This document shows, in pieces, positions 39,810 through 49,503 of a DNA stretch of 64,000 nucleotides. The notes below the pieces were generated by a model. That model was given only the letters and a program-made list of their open reading frames with translations. It was not told the origin of the DNA and searched no databases. The DNA lies in assembly GCA_900018335.1 (NCBI GenBank), contig FIZK01000006.1, positions 5,576 through 69,575 of the forward strand, read 5' to 3'. The translations under genes were made by a program, and so were the position numbers. Source of the DNA: an uncultured Clostridia bacterium (GTDB lineage Bacteria; Bacillota; Limnochordia; Darwinibacteriales; Darwinibacteriaceae). Within the stretch, counting starts at the first letter, position 1. Each line of letters starts with the position of its first letter.

Positions 39810-40859
39810 ATGTTCGAATTTGATCTCGATAACGTTCAATTTGCGGACATAAAAGTCGTCGGCTGCGGCGGCGGCGGCAGCAATGCGGTGAACCGCATGA
39901 TTGCCGCTGATCTAAAAGGGATAAATTTCATTGCCCTCAACACGGATGCCCAGGCTCTGCAGATGTCGGAAGCCCAGCAGAAGATCCAGATCGGTGAAAA
40001 ACTCACCAAAGGTTTGGGTGCGGGTTCTGATCCCACCATCGGCCAGCGCTCGGCTGAAGAGTCGCGGGAAGACATCGCCAGGGCCATAGACGGTGCGGAC
40101 ATGGTCTTCATTACCGCGGGCATGGGCGGTGGTACAGGTACTGGGGCTGCTCCCGTCGTGGCTGAAATCGCTAAAGAACTCAACGCACTAACAGTTGGAG
40201 TGGTGACCAAGCCCTTCTCTTTCGAGGGGAAACGGCGCAAGGAGCAGGCGGAGAAAGGTATCGAACAGTTAAAGGGCAAGGTGGATACCCTAATCGTCAT
40301 TCCCAACGACCGCCTGCTGCAGGTCGTGGAGAAGAGAACCTCCATGCTGGAAGCCTTTAGGGTAGCGGACGAGGTTCTGCTCCAGGGCGTACAGGGAATT
40401 TCGGATCTGATCACCGTGCCTGGTTTGATCAACCTGGACTTTGCCGATGTGAGGGCCATTATGACCGATGCTGGTTCAGCCCTCATGGGTATTGGTAAGG
40501 CTTCCGGCGAAGATCGGGCCCTTAAGGCTGCTCAGCAGGCCATCTCCAGTCCTCTGCTAGAGGCTTCCATTGAAGGAGCCAAAGGAATTCTGCTCAGCAT
40601 CGCCGGCAGTTCCGATCTAGGCCTCTTTGAAGTGAACGAAGCGGCCGAAACTGTGGCGCAAGCTGCAGCTTCTGATGCCAACATCATTTTCGGAGCGGTC
40701 ATTGATGAGAGCCTGGGTGAGAGTATTCGCGTTACGGTGATCGCCACCGGCTTCGACGCGCCCGCACCCAGGGACAATCTCCGCATCACCAAAGAACTGG
40801 ATGTTCGCCCCTTCACCGATGCGCCCATAGATATTCCTGCGTTCTTGCGGCGGAAGTAG
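39810..40859 (+). CDS. ftsZ: cell division GTPase FtsZ
   Basis: MFEFDL...[14 protein letters not shown], tubulin signature GGGTGTG, C-terminal DIPAFLRRK. The ORF opens at 39786, but the canonical N-terminus begins at ATG 39810. Confidence 0.95.
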   Translation: MFEFDLDNVQFADIKVVGCGGGGSNAVNRMIAADLKGINFIALNTDAQALQMSEAQQKIQIGEKLTKGLGAGSDPTIGQRSAEESREDIARAIDGADMVFITAGMGGGTGTGAAPVVAEIAKELNALTVGVVTKPFSFEGKRRKEQAEKGIEQLKGKVDTLIVIPNDRLLQVVEKRTSMLEAFRVADEVLLQGVQGISDLITVPGLINLDFADVRAIMTDAGSALMGIGKASGEDRALKAAQQAISSPLLEASIEGAKGILLSIAGSSDLGLFEVNEAAETVAQAAASDANIIFGAVIDESLGESIRVTVIATGFDAPAPRDNLRITKELDVRPFTDAPIDIPAFLRRK

Positions 40860-40876
40860 TTGTGCTGGGGAAGTGG

Positions 40877-41602
40877 TTATTCCATCTTCTTCATTTCGCG
40901 TTTTAGCTTCTTTAGGATCTTTTTCTCCAAACGGGAGATGTAACTTTGGGAGATGCCCAGGAGGTCCGCGACTTCCCTTTGTGTGCGCTCCCTCTCGCAA
41001 TTGAGTCCAAATCTGAGTTCCATGATTTTCTTCTCACGCCCTGTGAGCTGCTGTAATGCGGCAGCAAGCAGGGCTTTGTCTACTTCTTTTTCGATGTGGC
41101 GCAGGATATCGCTTTCGCTGCCCACCACATCGGCCAACACCAGCTCATTGCCATCCCAATCCACGTTGAGGGGCTCATCAAAGGACACTTCTGCCTTCAG
41201 TTTGCTTGTTCTCCGCAGATACATGAGGATCTCGTTTTCGATGCAGCGGGACGCGTAGGTGGCCAGTTTGATGTTTTTGCCGGGATCAAAAGTGTTCACA
41301 GCCTTGATTAGGCCAATGGTCCCGATGGAAACCAAATCCTCAATGGAAATGCCGGTGTTCTCGAACTTGCGGGCTATGTAGACCACGAGGCGCAGATTAC
41401 GCTCGATGAGCGGAGTTCTTACCACCAAGTCTCCCGCCTGGAGGCGCGAAAGGAGCTCCTGCTCTTCTTCGCTGGAAAGGGGAGGCGGCAGAACCTCATT
41501 GCTGCCCACATAATGGACCTTGGGGCTCAGCCCAAGGCGGTGCAGAACCAGGATGAAGCGCAAACGGGCTTTAAGGCTGAAGATCTGAAGACGTCGTAGC
41601 AT
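40877..41602 (-). CDS. sigE: sporulation sigma factor SigE (pro-sigma-E)
   Basis: Near-identical blocks to B. subtilis SigE ([55 protein letters not shown]). Pro-sequence [18 protein letters not shown]... begins at ATG 41602; the ORF extends a further 14 codons upstream. Confidence 0.9.
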   Translation of the reverse strand: MLRRLQIFSLKARLRFILVLHRLGLSPKVHYVGSNEVLPPPLSSEEEQELLSRLQAGDLVVRTPLIERNLRLVVYIARKFENTGISIEDLVSIGTIGLIKAVNTFDPGKNIKLATYASRCIENEILMYLRRTSKLKAEVSFDEPLNVDWDGNELVLADVVGSESDILRHIEKEVDKALLAAALQQLTGREKKIMELRFGLNCERERTQREVADLLGISQSYISRLEKKILKKLKREMKKME

Positions 41603-42533
41603 AGGCCTCGCCTCCTTCCACAACCTGCAGGGAGTTCTCCACAAGGTGAGGCGGTACTAGGGCGCTGTACTCACCGTGGGGGTCGAGACTATAGGGGTGG
41701 ATGGCGATGGTGGGCTGGAAGTCCCCAAGTAGACTGCGGGCCCCGATTTTCACCTCGTCGGGCCGAAAACCCAGCATCATGCCGTTAGTCCGCCCAATGG
41801 AGTTGAACGGAATGAGCCTAAGCCTCGTGCGCCAGGCTTTCAGCCTGGTGAGGCGTTCTAGTGCGTGGGGATCTCCTTCCTCTAAGGAAAGCATGATGGC
41901 GAACACGTCTGGTGGAAGCATGGTTTTTACGGCTTGGGACTCTACGATAATGACTGACTGCCTGCTGAGCGGGTCCTTGAGATGGTTACCCGTGTCGACC
42001 AAGGCAGTCATTTTGATTTTCTGCCCATCACAGGAGATCTCCACCGGAACCCGGTAGATGGCGCGCACCATCCGCTCGTGCACGATTCCCCAGCCCAGTT
42101 CAGCAATGAGCAAAATGGCTAGGATAGATACGAGGGTTCCCAGGGTAAAGGCGGGAGCGTTTGCAGATCCGAAGAGATATGCGCTGGCTAAGCCCATGCC
42201 AGCGGCGACGAAACCGATGGTGTAGAAGTAACCCGCGGCGATGAGCAGCCTTCGCCAAGCCATGGGGTAGAAGGCCGCGAAGAGCATGGCCACGGATATC
42301 AAAAGCACGACGGGGAAAAATCGAAGTAGACCGTACAGGGGAATGAGGCCGACGCTGGCTGCCAAGTAGAGGAGGTAATGGACAGTTCCGATCAAAGATC
42401 CAAGGATCAGGCGCATGCTGGTAGTCTGCGTACGTGTGATGGTGGCTGTGGCCCAAAGGAGGAGGTACTCAAAGATGAAGTTGCAGCCCAGTCGCAGGAG
42501 CCAAACATCAACGTACAGCGTGTATTCAAGCAT
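41571..42533 (-). CDS. spoIIGA: sigma-E processing peptidase SpoIIGA
   Basis: Polytopic N-terminal domain plus a C-terminal aspartic protease domain ([11 protein letters not shown]); directly upstream of and overlapping sigE; 320 aa. Confidence 0.85.
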   Translation of the reverse strand: MLEYTLYVDVWLLRLGCNFIFEYLLLWATATITRTQTTSMRLILGSLIGTVHYLLYLAASVGLIPLYGLLRFFPVVLLISVAMLFAAFYPMAWRRLLIAAGYFYTIGFVAAGMGLASAYLFGSANAPAFTLGTLVSILAILLIAELGWGIVHERMVRAIYRVPVEISCDGQKIKMTALVDTGNHLKDPLSRQSVIIVESQAVKTMLPPDVFAIMLSLEEGDPHALERLTRLKAWRTRLRLIPFNSIGRTNGMMLGFRPDEVKIGARSLLGDFQPTIAIHPYSLDPHGEYSALVPPHLVENSLQVVEGGEAYATTSSDLQP

Positions 42534-42669
42534 ACGTTTTCCTCCCCGAAAAGGGTGTTTGCCTGAATATTAGAGGCAAAAGCGCAAAAGTCCTTCCTAA
42601 ACATACAAAAGCGAGGGAATTATCTTGTTTGGAGCCACCCCTGCCATTTACAGGTTCTCGGACAAAATG

Positions 42670-42699
42670 GAATAGATCTAGCCAGACGTGGCAATAATG
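42670..42699 (+). promoter_or_regulatory. candidate forespore (sigma-F/sigma-G-type) promoter upstream of sigG
   Basis: GAATA - 15 nt - GGCAATAATG resembles the sigma-F consensus (GYATA-15-GGnRAYAMTW) and the sigma-G -35 (GnATR); located about 35 nt upstream of sigG. Confidence 0.4.
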
Positions 42700-42734
42700 A
42701 ACTTTGTAATCGGCATTTTCAGGAGGGTGTGGAC

Positions 42735-43511
42735 ATGAACAAAGTGGAGATTTGCGGCGTAAACACCGCTAAGCTGCCCGTCTTGCCCAATGCCAAAATG
42801 CGTGAACTCCTGGCCAAGATCAAGGAGGGAGATCAAGCGGCCCGGGAAGAGATGGTTCAGGGCAACCTCCGTTTGGTGCTGAGTGTCATCCAGAGGTTCA
42901 ACAACCGGGGTGAATACGTAGATGACTTGTTCCAGGTGGGGTGTATCGGCCTGATGAAGGCCATTGACAACTTCGACCTGAGTCAAAACGTGAAATTCTC
43001 CACCTATGCCGTGCCCATGATCATCGGTGAGATCCGGCGATATCTGAGGGACAACAACCCCATCAGGGTAAGTCGGTCTCTGCGGGATATAGCCTACAAA
43101 GCCCTCCAGACCAGGGACAGCCTGGCCAACCGCTATTCCCAGGAGCCGTCCATTGGTCAGATTGCGGAAGAACTGCAGATCCCCAGGGAAGAGATTGTCT
43201 TTGCCTTAGATGCGATTCAAGAACCCATTTCACTCTTTGAGCCCATCTACAATGATGGAGGCGATCCCATCTTTGTATTGGATCAAATCAGCGACGAAAA
43301 GAACACGGAGCGGCGCCTGATCGAGGGGGTTAGCATTAAGGAGGGCATGGAGAACTTGGGTGAACGGGAACGTTTGATCCTGACCATGCGCTTCTATGAA
43401 GGAAGGACCCAAATGGAAGTCGCTGAAGAAATCGGGATTTCCCAGGCGCAGGTTTCCAGGCTGGAAAAGGCCGCCCTGCGGCATCTGCGCAAATATATGG
43501 CCACATCTTAA
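42735..43511 (+). CDS. sigG: sporulation sigma factor SigG
   Basis: MNKVEICGVNTAKLPVL... nearly identical in blocks to B. subtilis SigG (GNLRLVLSVIQRFNNRGEYVDDLFQVGCIGLMK...). ATG 42735 follows an AGGAGGG Shine-Dalgarno. Confidence 0.95.
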   Translation: MNKVEICGVNTAKLPVLPNAKMRELLAKIKEGDQAAREEMVQGNLRLVLSVIQRFNNRGEYVDDLFQVGCIGLMKAIDNFDLSQNVKFSTYAVPMIIGEIRRYLRDNNPIRVSRSLRDIAYKALQTRDSLANRYSQEPSIGQIAEELQIPREEIVFALDAIQEPISLFEPIYNDGGDPIFVLDQISDEKNTERRLIEGVSIKEGMENLGERERLILTMRFYEGRTQMEVAEEIGISQAQVSRLEKAALRHLRKYMATS

Positions 43512-43524
43512 AGGGGGAAAGCAT

Positions 43525-44202
43525 ATGTCGCGGGATTCTCTTGCTGCCCGTCTTTTGGTCTGTTTCGTGCTGCTGTGCACAGGCGCCTTTGCTTTTGGAC
43601 TTCTCTCCGCTTTGGAGCACGGTTTTCATAGTGATAAGGCTTTTGCGCAGGACTTGATTCGCCTTCATGTTATCGCCAACAGCAACCTGCCCCAAGACCA
43701 AGAGCTCAAGCTGAAGGTGCGGGATGCGGTCTTGCTGGAAACCAAGCGTATTCTAGGGGATATCACAGGGAAGGAACAGGCTTACACACTCCTGCAGCAC
43801 AATATCCAGGCACTAGAGCGCTGTGCGCAGGAGGAGGTCTTGGCCAACGGGTTTGACTATCCGGTGCAGATAAGAATGGGCAGTTACCTCTTTCCTGATC
43901 GTGATTATGGTGACCTGCTGCTGCCCGAGGGCCGCTACGATGCGGTGCGGGTGGAAATCGGTGCGGCTCAGGGTGATAACTGGTGGTGTATTCTTTTCCC
44001 ACCGCTCTGCCTGGCTGAATTGGAGGGAACTAGTTCCAACTTGGTCAAAGTTAATCAGAAGGAAAACACGGGTGAAGAAGCTGGTCGCAGTTTTGTTTTC
44101 CGCTCCAAGCTTTGGGAGCAGGTGGCACAGACCCGCTATGCGCGCCTGTTTCAAAGCTGGTGGCAGGCCTCGGCCGCAGGTCTTTCCGCCAGGGCGCGCT
44201 GA
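43525..44202 (+). CDS. spoIIR: stage II sporulation protein R (signal for pro-sigma-E processing)
   Basis: Signal/TM followed by the IRLHVIANSN SpoIIR motif; 225 aa from ATG 43525 (AAGGGGGA Shine-Dalgarno). The caller's N-terminal extension overlapping sigG is rejected. Confidence 0.8.
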   Translation: MSRDSLAARLLVCFVLLCTGAFAFGLLSALEHGFHSDKAFAQDLIRLHVIANSNLPQDQELKLKVRDAVLLETKRILGDITGKEQAYTLLQHNIQALERCAQEEVLANGFDYPVQIRMGSYLFPDRDYGDLLLPEGRYDAVRVEIGAAQGDNWWCILFPPLCLAELEGTSSNLVKVNQKENTGEEAGRSFVFRSKLWEQVAQTRYARLFQSWWQASAAGLSARAR

Positions 44203-44239
44203 ATCAGGGCAGTACAAGCCGAACAAGCACAGAAGGAAC

Positions 44240-44268
44240 GGCTCTTGGGCCGTTTCTTTTTTTGCTAG
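44240..44268 (+). terminator. rho-independent terminator after spoIIR
   Basis: GAACGGC-tcttgg-GCCGTTTC hairpin followed by TTTTTTTG. Confidence 0.55.
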
Positions 44269-44303
44269 GGGGCATATATTTGGTACCATAAGGGGGTGCG
44301 GCC

Positions 44304-44558
44304 GTGAAAGTGATCAGGACATCAGAGCTGCGCAGGCTTGATGTGATCAACGTGGAAGAGGGCCGGTACATGGGGAGCGTCTGCGATGTGGACTTGGATC
44401 CCGATACGGGGCGCATCAATGCTCTCATCGTGGACGAAGTGAAACCCCTCAGCTTCTTTTTCGGTGCCAGGCATACTGATGTGGAGATCCCCTGGCGGGA
44501 TATAGTATTGGTGGGAGAAGACGTGGTCTTGGTGAAAAACAGAACATGGAAAAGGTGA
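44304..44558 (+). CDS. ylmC: YlmC/YmxH family sporulation protein (PRC barrel)
   Basis: 84 aa: VIRTSELRRLDVINVEEGRYMGSVCDVDLDPDTGRINALIV; YlmC/YmxH family. Confidence 0.8.
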   Translation: MKVIRTSELRRLDVINVEEGRYMGSVCDVDLDPDTGRINALIVDEVKPLSFFFGARHTDVEIPWRDIVLVGEDVVLVKNRTWKR

Positions 44559-44567
44559 GCCTTTTAC

Positions 44568-44575
44568 TGTATAAT
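44568..44575 (+). promoter_or_regulatory. extended -10 promoter element (TGTATAAT) upstream of nrdR
   Basis: TGnTATAAT consensus match at 44568..44575, about 40 nt upstream of nrdR. Confidence 0.4.
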
Positions 44576-44614
44576 TGAATAAATACAATACGCGCAGAAC
44601 TGGGGGTTGGTTAG

Positions 44615-45070
44615 ATGCGCTGCCCGTTTTGTCTGCACTTGGACAGCAAGGTTCTAGATTCGAGGCAAACTGAGGAGGGCGGTTCCATCCGGCGCCGCAG
44701 GGAATGTACCGCCTGTCACAGGCGTTTTACTACATACGAACGCGTTGATGAAATGCCATTTTTGGTCGTGAAAAAGGATGGGCGCCGGGAACCTTTTTCC
44801 CGTACGAAGATCCTGAACGGAATAATGCGGGCCTGCGAGAAGAGGCCCATCTCTCTGGAGACCATCGAGCAGGCAGTGGATGAGATCGAAAGGGAAGTGC
44901 GCTCCAGCCTGGAGCGGGAGATCACCTCAACCTACATTGGTGAGCTGGTCATGGACAAGCTGCGTGCAATTGATGATGTGGCTTACGTGCGCTTTGCGTC
45001 TGTCTACAGGCAGTTCAAGGATGTTGATAGTTTCATCCAAGAAGTGCAGCAGCTGAGGAAAGATAGATAA
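44615..45070 (+). CDS. nrdR: transcriptional repressor NrdR
   Basis: [18 protein letters not shown]...[12 protein letters not shown] zinc ribbon plus ATP-cone; 151 aa. Confidence 0.95.
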   Translation: MRCPFCLHLDSKVLDSRQTEEGGSIRRRRECTACHRRFTTYERVDEMPFLVVKKDGRREPFSRTKILNGIMRACEKRPISLETIEQAVDEIEREVRSSLEREITSTYIGELVMDKLRAIDDVAYVRFASVYRQFKDVDSFIQEVQQLRKDR

Positions 45071-45135
45071 TTGCCCGCCCATGGAGGTAGGGTTTGGCGT
45101 CGCTGCGTAGAACATGGAAGGGAAGGGGTGAAGAT

Positions 45136-47352
45136 GTGAGCAGAAAACCTCGAGAGCGCAAGGATAGCGGGGTGAGAGCCAGGGAAGTGGGGGGCATCCT
45201 GCTTTTGGCTTTCTCCGTCTTTTGTCTGCTTTCTTTATACGTAGATACCACCGGCTGGGTTGGCAGCCCCGTGCGGTCTGTCCTGCGCATGTGTTTCGGG
45301 GATTTGGCCGTGTTGTTCGTCCTGCTTTTTGCGGTCATGGCCATTCAGCTGTTCCTGGGAAAAGGCAGAGCACTGTCCTGGCAGTCCCAGGTGGGTCTGC
45401 TCCTGCTCATTTTCTCGGTCACCTTGATCTTTCACATGCTCTACTACCAGGGCTATCAGTTTCCCCCGAGCTTGCGGGAGGAAATCAGCTACGGTATGAA
45501 AGGCGAAGGAGCTGGAGTGTTGGGTGCGGTGATCTTGACCCTGAGCTACAACGCCTTCGGCATCCACGGCTCCTACGTTTTGGTGGGTACTGCCGTCCTG
45601 CTGGGGATCATGCTCTTTTTCGAGATCTCCTTGATCGATCTCCTTCGCGGGTTCTTTGGCCTGCTGCGACGGGCGTTAAGCAGCTGGTGGCATGGTGGTG
45701 AAAAAGAAGCTAAACGCAAGCAAAAGAAGGAGCGCAAGGTAGAGCGCAAAGAGCGCAGGCGGAGGCGGCCCAAGGTGCAGGAGCCGCCCACCGAGCTAGA
45801 GCCTGCTGCGGCGGCGTCTCCGCCGGAGGCGATGCCCAGGCCCGTAAAGGCCAAGAAAAAAGAGCAAGCCAAGGCCGAACCTGACCCGGAAGGACAGTTG
45901 GAGCAGCTGGTGTTGAATTTGCCCGCTGCGGAGGGACAGAGCGAACACCGCCTGCCCCCCACACACTTGCTGCGCCGCAGCAACAGCAGATCTCGGAAGA
46001 CCAGCGGACTGCAGCGGGAACTGCTGGAGGAAACGCTGGCCAACTTCGGTATCGAGGCTAGGGTTGTAAATGTATCCCAGGGCCCGGTGGTTACCCGCTA
46101 TGAACTGCAGCCTGCGCCGGGGATTAAGGTCTCCAGGATCACTTCCCTGGCGGATGATCTCGCCCTCGCTTTGGCCGCTGAGGATGTGCGCATCGAAGCT
46201 CCGGTGCCCGGCAAGCCGGTTGTGGGCATAGAGGTCCCCAACAAAGAGACGGAAATGGTCTTGTTGAGAGATGTCTTGGAGAGTCCCGAGTTCGCGGGCC
46301 ATCCTTCTCCAGTTGCCCTAGCTTTGGGGAAGGATATAGCCGGCCAGCCAGTCATTGCCGACCTGAAGAAGTGGCTGCATGTGCTCATTGCCGGCGCCAC
46401 CGGGTCGGGTAAGAGCGTCTGTTTGAACTGCATTATTGCCTCCCTTTTGTTCCGCACCACTCCCGACATGGTCAAACTGCTCTTAGTGGACCCGAAAAGG
46501 GTGGAACTGTCCGTCTACGACGGCATCCCCCATCTGATCAGCCCTGTGGTTACCGATCCCAAGAAAGCGGCCATCGCGCTGCGTTGGGCAGTAGGGGAGA
46601 TGGAGCGCCGCTACGAACTCTTCGCCGAAGCGGGGGTACGCAATATTGAGATGTACCACGAATGGTCTAAGGAGGCCGGGGAAGGCGAGGAGCGGCCGGA
46701 GCACCTTCCGTATATCGTCGTCATCGTGGACGAGCTGGCCGATTTGATGATGGTGGCCGCGGCTGAAGTGGAAGACGCCATCTGCCGCTTGGCCCAAATG
46801 GCCAGGGCGGCGGGGATGTACTTGATCATCGCAACGCAGAGGCCATCAGTGGATGTGATCACCGGCCTGATCAAGGCCAACGTGCCTTCTAGGGTTTCCT
46901 TTGCCGTATCCAGTCAGGTGGATTCCCGAACCATCCTGGACATGGGCGGAGCGGAACGGCTCATTGGTAAGGGGGACATGCTTTACTACCCAATCGGAGC
47001 ATCTAAGCCCGTGCGGGCTCAGGGGGCCTGGATTTCAGATAAGGAAGTGGAGGCTGTTGTAAAATATTGGAAGGACCAGGGTGAGCCGGAGTACAGGGAA
47101 GAGATCGTGGAGGACGCTCCAGAGCTAACCCTGCGTGACGACGAGGAAGATGAGCTCTTGGAGGATGCCATTCGCCTCGTGGTGGAGAACGGCCAGGCTT
47201 CCATATCCATGCTCCAGCGGAGGTTCCGCATTGGCTACAGCCGAGCTGCGCGGCTCATAGATATGATGGAAGTTCGGGGCATTGTCGGTGGCTATCAAGG
47301 CAGCAAGCCGCGGGAGGTCTTGGTGGATAAAGCAGTTCTAGAAGAAAGGTGA
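45136..47352 (+). CDS. ftsK: DNA translocase FtsK/SpoIIIE
   Basis: N-terminal TM helices; K/R/E- and Pro/Ala-rich linker; motor domain with Walker A GATGSGKS, Walker [10 protein letters not shown] and a gamma domain. Start is uncertain (TTG 45094 or GTG 45136). Confidence 0.9.
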   Translation: MSRKPRERKDSGVRAREVGGILLLAFSVFCLLSLYVDTTGWVGSPVRSVLRMCFGDLAVLFVLLFAVMAIQLFLGKGRALSWQSQVGLLLLIFSVTLIFHMLYYQGYQFPPSLREEISYGMKGEGAGVLGAVILTLSYNAFGIHGSYVLVGTAVLLGIMLFFEISLIDLLRGFFGLLRRALSSWWHGGEKEAKRKQKKERKVERKERRRRRPKVQEPPTELEPAAAASPPEAMPRPVKAKKKEQAKAEPDPEGQLEQLVLNLPAAEGQSEHRLPPTHLLRRSNSRSRKTSGLQRELLEETLANFGIEARVVNVSQGPVVTRYELQPAPGIKVSRITSLADDLALALAAEDVRIEAPVPGKPVVGIEVPNKETEMVLLRDVLESPEFAGHPSPVALALGKDIAGQPVIADLKKWLHVLIAGATGSGKSVCLNCIIASLLFRTTPDMVKLLLVDPKRVELSVYDGIPHLISPVVTDPKKAAIALRWAVGEMERRYELFAEAGVRNIEMYHEWSKEAGEGEERPEHLPYIVVIVDELADLMMVAAAEVEDAICRLAQMARAAGMYLIIATQRPSVDVITGLIKANVPSRVSFAVSSQVDSRTILDMGGAERLIGKGDMLYYPIGASKPVRAQGAWISDKEVEAVVKYWKDQGEPEYREEIVEDAPELTLRDDEEDELLEDAIRLVVENGQASISMLQRRFRIGYSRAARLIDMMEVRGIVGGYQGSKPREVLVDKAVLEER

Positions 47353-47357
47353 GAAAG

Positions 47358-47753
47358 ATGCTGGAAGTGGGGAAGCTGTTAGAGAAGGCCAGGCTTGAAC
47401 AAGGCTTGACCATTGAGGAGATGTCGGAACGCACCAAGATCCGGCCCCAGTTTCTGCAGGCCATTGAGGAGGAGCAGTTACACTTACTGCCCGATCAGGC
47501 CTATGTGAGGCCGTTTATTCGCACTTATGCCAAGGCCCTGGGGGTAGAAGACCAAATTGAGGCGGAAGTAGAGCCCAGGGAGTCCACTTTGCGCGTGGAT
47601 GAGCTTACGGCCAGTATTCGCGAACGGAGGGAGCGGGCCCGCCGGGCGCGCCGCACCCGTTTTTTGCTGCGCTCTGCCGTGGTTATCCTGCTTCTGGCTG
47701 GGGCAGCATTGTTAGTGTACTGGTTTATGTTTAGGGGGAACGTCGTTGGGTAA
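47358..47753 (+). CDS. RodZ-like helix-turn-helix (XRE) membrane protein, short form
   Basis: N-terminal HTH (LEQGLTIEEMSERTKIRPQFLQAIEEEQ...LPDQAYVRPFIRTYAKALG) matches the RodZ N-domain, followed by a basic stretch and a single TM; 131 aa. Confidence 0.6.
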   Translation: MLEVGKLLEKARLEQGLTIEEMSERTKIRPQFLQAIEEEQLHLLPDQAYVRPFIRTYAKALGVEDQIEAEVEPRESTLRVDELTASIRERRERARRARRTRFLLRSAVVILLLAGAALLVYWFMFRGNVVG

Positions 47754-48645
47754 CAGAGATTATCTGGTCCGGGCAATGCTCGGAGCGAATCAAGCCAGGG
47801 TTATGGCCCTGAGAACTACGCAGGTGACAAAGGAAGCCCAGGAGGTGCACGGCACCACCCCGGTGGCCACCGCGGCCCTAGGGCGCACCTTGACCATGGG
47901 TCTTGTACTGGGTGCCATGCTGAAAGATGAGGAGACCATCACGATCCAGATCAAGGGAGACGGTCCTTTGAGGGGGATCGTGGTTTCTGCCAACTCCCGG
48001 GGGCAGGTCAAAGGGTATGTGGGCAATCCCCATGTGGTGTTACCCTTGAACTCCTCAGGTAAGCTGGCGGTTGGCCAGGCGGTGGGTAGCGGGCACCTGC
48101 ATGTGATTCGGGACATGGGCCTGAAAGAGCCCTATTACGGGACGGTGCCGCTGCAGAACGGGGAAATCGGAGAGGATTTCGCCTACTACTTCACCGTTTC
48201 GGAACAGACACCCTCCGCGGTTTTGGTGGGAGTCCTGGTGGGCACGGATGGCGTACCCTTGGGCAGCGGCGGAATTGTGGTGCAGCTCATGCCCGGGGCC
48301 GAAAATGACGAGGCTTTCATCGCGGGACTGGAGGAACGCCTGCAGGGAGTGACGCAAGTGAGTTCGCTGTTTGCAGGTGAGCAAAGCCCAGAGGAAATAG
48401 TGCAGGAAGTCTTTGCGGGTCTGGAGATGCGCTTCATCCATCGCCAAGAGGTAGCCTTTTCCTGCGATTGCTCCCGGGAGCGTTTTGAGCGAGGATTGGT
48501 CACTTTAGGCGCTGAAGAGCTGCGGGAAATGGTGGACAAGGGAGAGCCCATAGAAGTGGTCTGTCATTTCTGCAACAAGCGCTACGACTTCACGGTGGGC
48601 GAGTTAGACAAGCTTTTGCAGGAGCTTGGAAATACTAGAGCATAA
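47746..48645 (+). CDS. hslO: redox-regulated chaperone Hsp33
   Basis: DYLVRAM N-terminus and C-terminal zinc centre CDCSRERF...CHFCNKRY; 299 aa; putative TTG start. Confidence 0.85.
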   Translation: MGNRDYLVRAMLGANQARVMALRTTQVTKEAQEVHGTTPVATAALGRTLTMGLVLGAMLKDEETITIQIKGDGPLRGIVVSANSRGQVKGYVGNPHVVLPLNSSGKLAVGQAVGSGHLHVIRDMGLKEPYYGTVPLQNGEIGEDFAYYFTVSEQTPSAVLVGVLVGTDGVPLGSGGIVVQLMPGAENDEAFIAGLEERLQGVTQVSSLFAGEQSPEEIVQEVFAGLEMRFIHRQEVAFSCDCSRERFERGLVTLGAEELREMVDKGEPIEVVCHFCNKRYDFTVGELDKLLQELGNTRA

Positions 48646-48690
48646 ATGTGATCCCCTTCCGCATATAGTGTTGTGGAAGGGGGAATAGCG

Positions 48691-49473
48691 ATGGCTAGAG
48701 TGGGAAAAACTGAAAAGAATGGTCCTGGACTCTTATTTATTGTTGTTACGCTGATAGTGGTAGCTGTGGTGGGAGCGCGCTTCTTCGGTTTCATGCCTGG
48801 AGATAAGGAAGAAGAAACACCGCTTCCCCCAGTGGTCAACGTAGAGGATCCTCCGCCGCCCCAAGGAGAGCAGGTGGAGGAGGCGGTGCCCAAGGTGCTG
48901 GTCTTCCACAGCCACGCCTCGGAGAACTATCGCCCTAAGGAAAGCCATGCGCGCGGTGAAACGGGAGATGTGGTGGCGGTTGGCGAAGCCTTTGTGGCAG
49001 AGCTGGCTTCCTTGGGCATCAAGGCAATTCACGACCAGACCATCCACGATCAGCCGCGCTACAGTGAAGCCTTCATCAATTCTGAGAAAAAGGTGAGCGA
49101 GCTTTTGGCCGCGAATCCAACGGTGCAGGTGGTTTTGGATCTACACCGCGACGGATTGCAGGACAAACCGGACGACTATACTAAAGCACGTGCGAATGGT
49201 ATGGACGTGGCTAAGATTCTCTTTGTGGTCGGCGATAAAGACAACGACTTGCTGGAGGAGAACCTTCGCTTTGCCCAGAAGCTCAGTGATGCCCTAGAGC
49301 AGCAGTACCCCGGAGTGACTAGAGGGGTGCGGGTTTTCAAATCTGATTACAGCGGAGAACTTCATCCCAACAGCATCATGGTCTTGATCGGAGACTGGCG
49401 GGGAAATACCGTGGAGGAGGCCGTAGCTTCGGCCCGTCTTCTGGCCAGGGTATTACTGCCTTTTGTGGAGTGA
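48691..49473 (+). CDS. spoIIP: stage II sporulation protein P (SpoIIP family cell-wall hydrolase)
   Basis: N-terminal TM followed by a VLVFHSHASENY motif and DLHRD. ATG 48691 sits 5 nt after GGAAGGGGGA. Confidence 0.75.
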   Translation: MARVGKTEKNGPGLLFIVVTLIVVAVVGARFFGFMPGDKEEETPLPPVVNVEDPPPPQGEQVEEAVPKVLVFHSHASENYRPKESHARGETGDVVAVGEAFVAELASLGIKAIHDQTIHDQPRYSEAFINSEKKVSELLAANPTVQVVLDLHRDGLQDKPDDYTKARANGMDVAKILFVVGDKDNDLLEENLRFAQKLSDALEQQYPGVTRGVRVFKSDYSGELHPNSIMVLIGDWRGNTVEEAVASARLLARVLLPFVE

Positions 49474-49503
49474 TCTGGCAAGTAGTCATTGGGAGTGACA
49501 TGA

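Noticed and set aside
42655-42667. Spo0A box for spoIIGA.
   Set aside because: Only a loose match (TGTCCGA versus TGTCGAA, with an inserted base), so it is mentioned as weak and not listed as a feature.
43396-43524. N-terminal extension of spoIIR overlapping sigG by 116 nt.
   Set aside because: The extension is basic junk (MKEGPKWKSLKKSGFPRRRF...). ATG 43525 with an AAGGGGGA Shine-Dalgarno gives a 225-aa protein with a signal/TM start, as in known SpoIIR.
45700-45900. Apparent repeat or low-complexity DNA (K/R/E-rich followed by Pro/Ala-rich coding).
   Set aside because: This is the expected disordered linker of FtsK between the membrane and motor domains, not a mobile or repetitive element.
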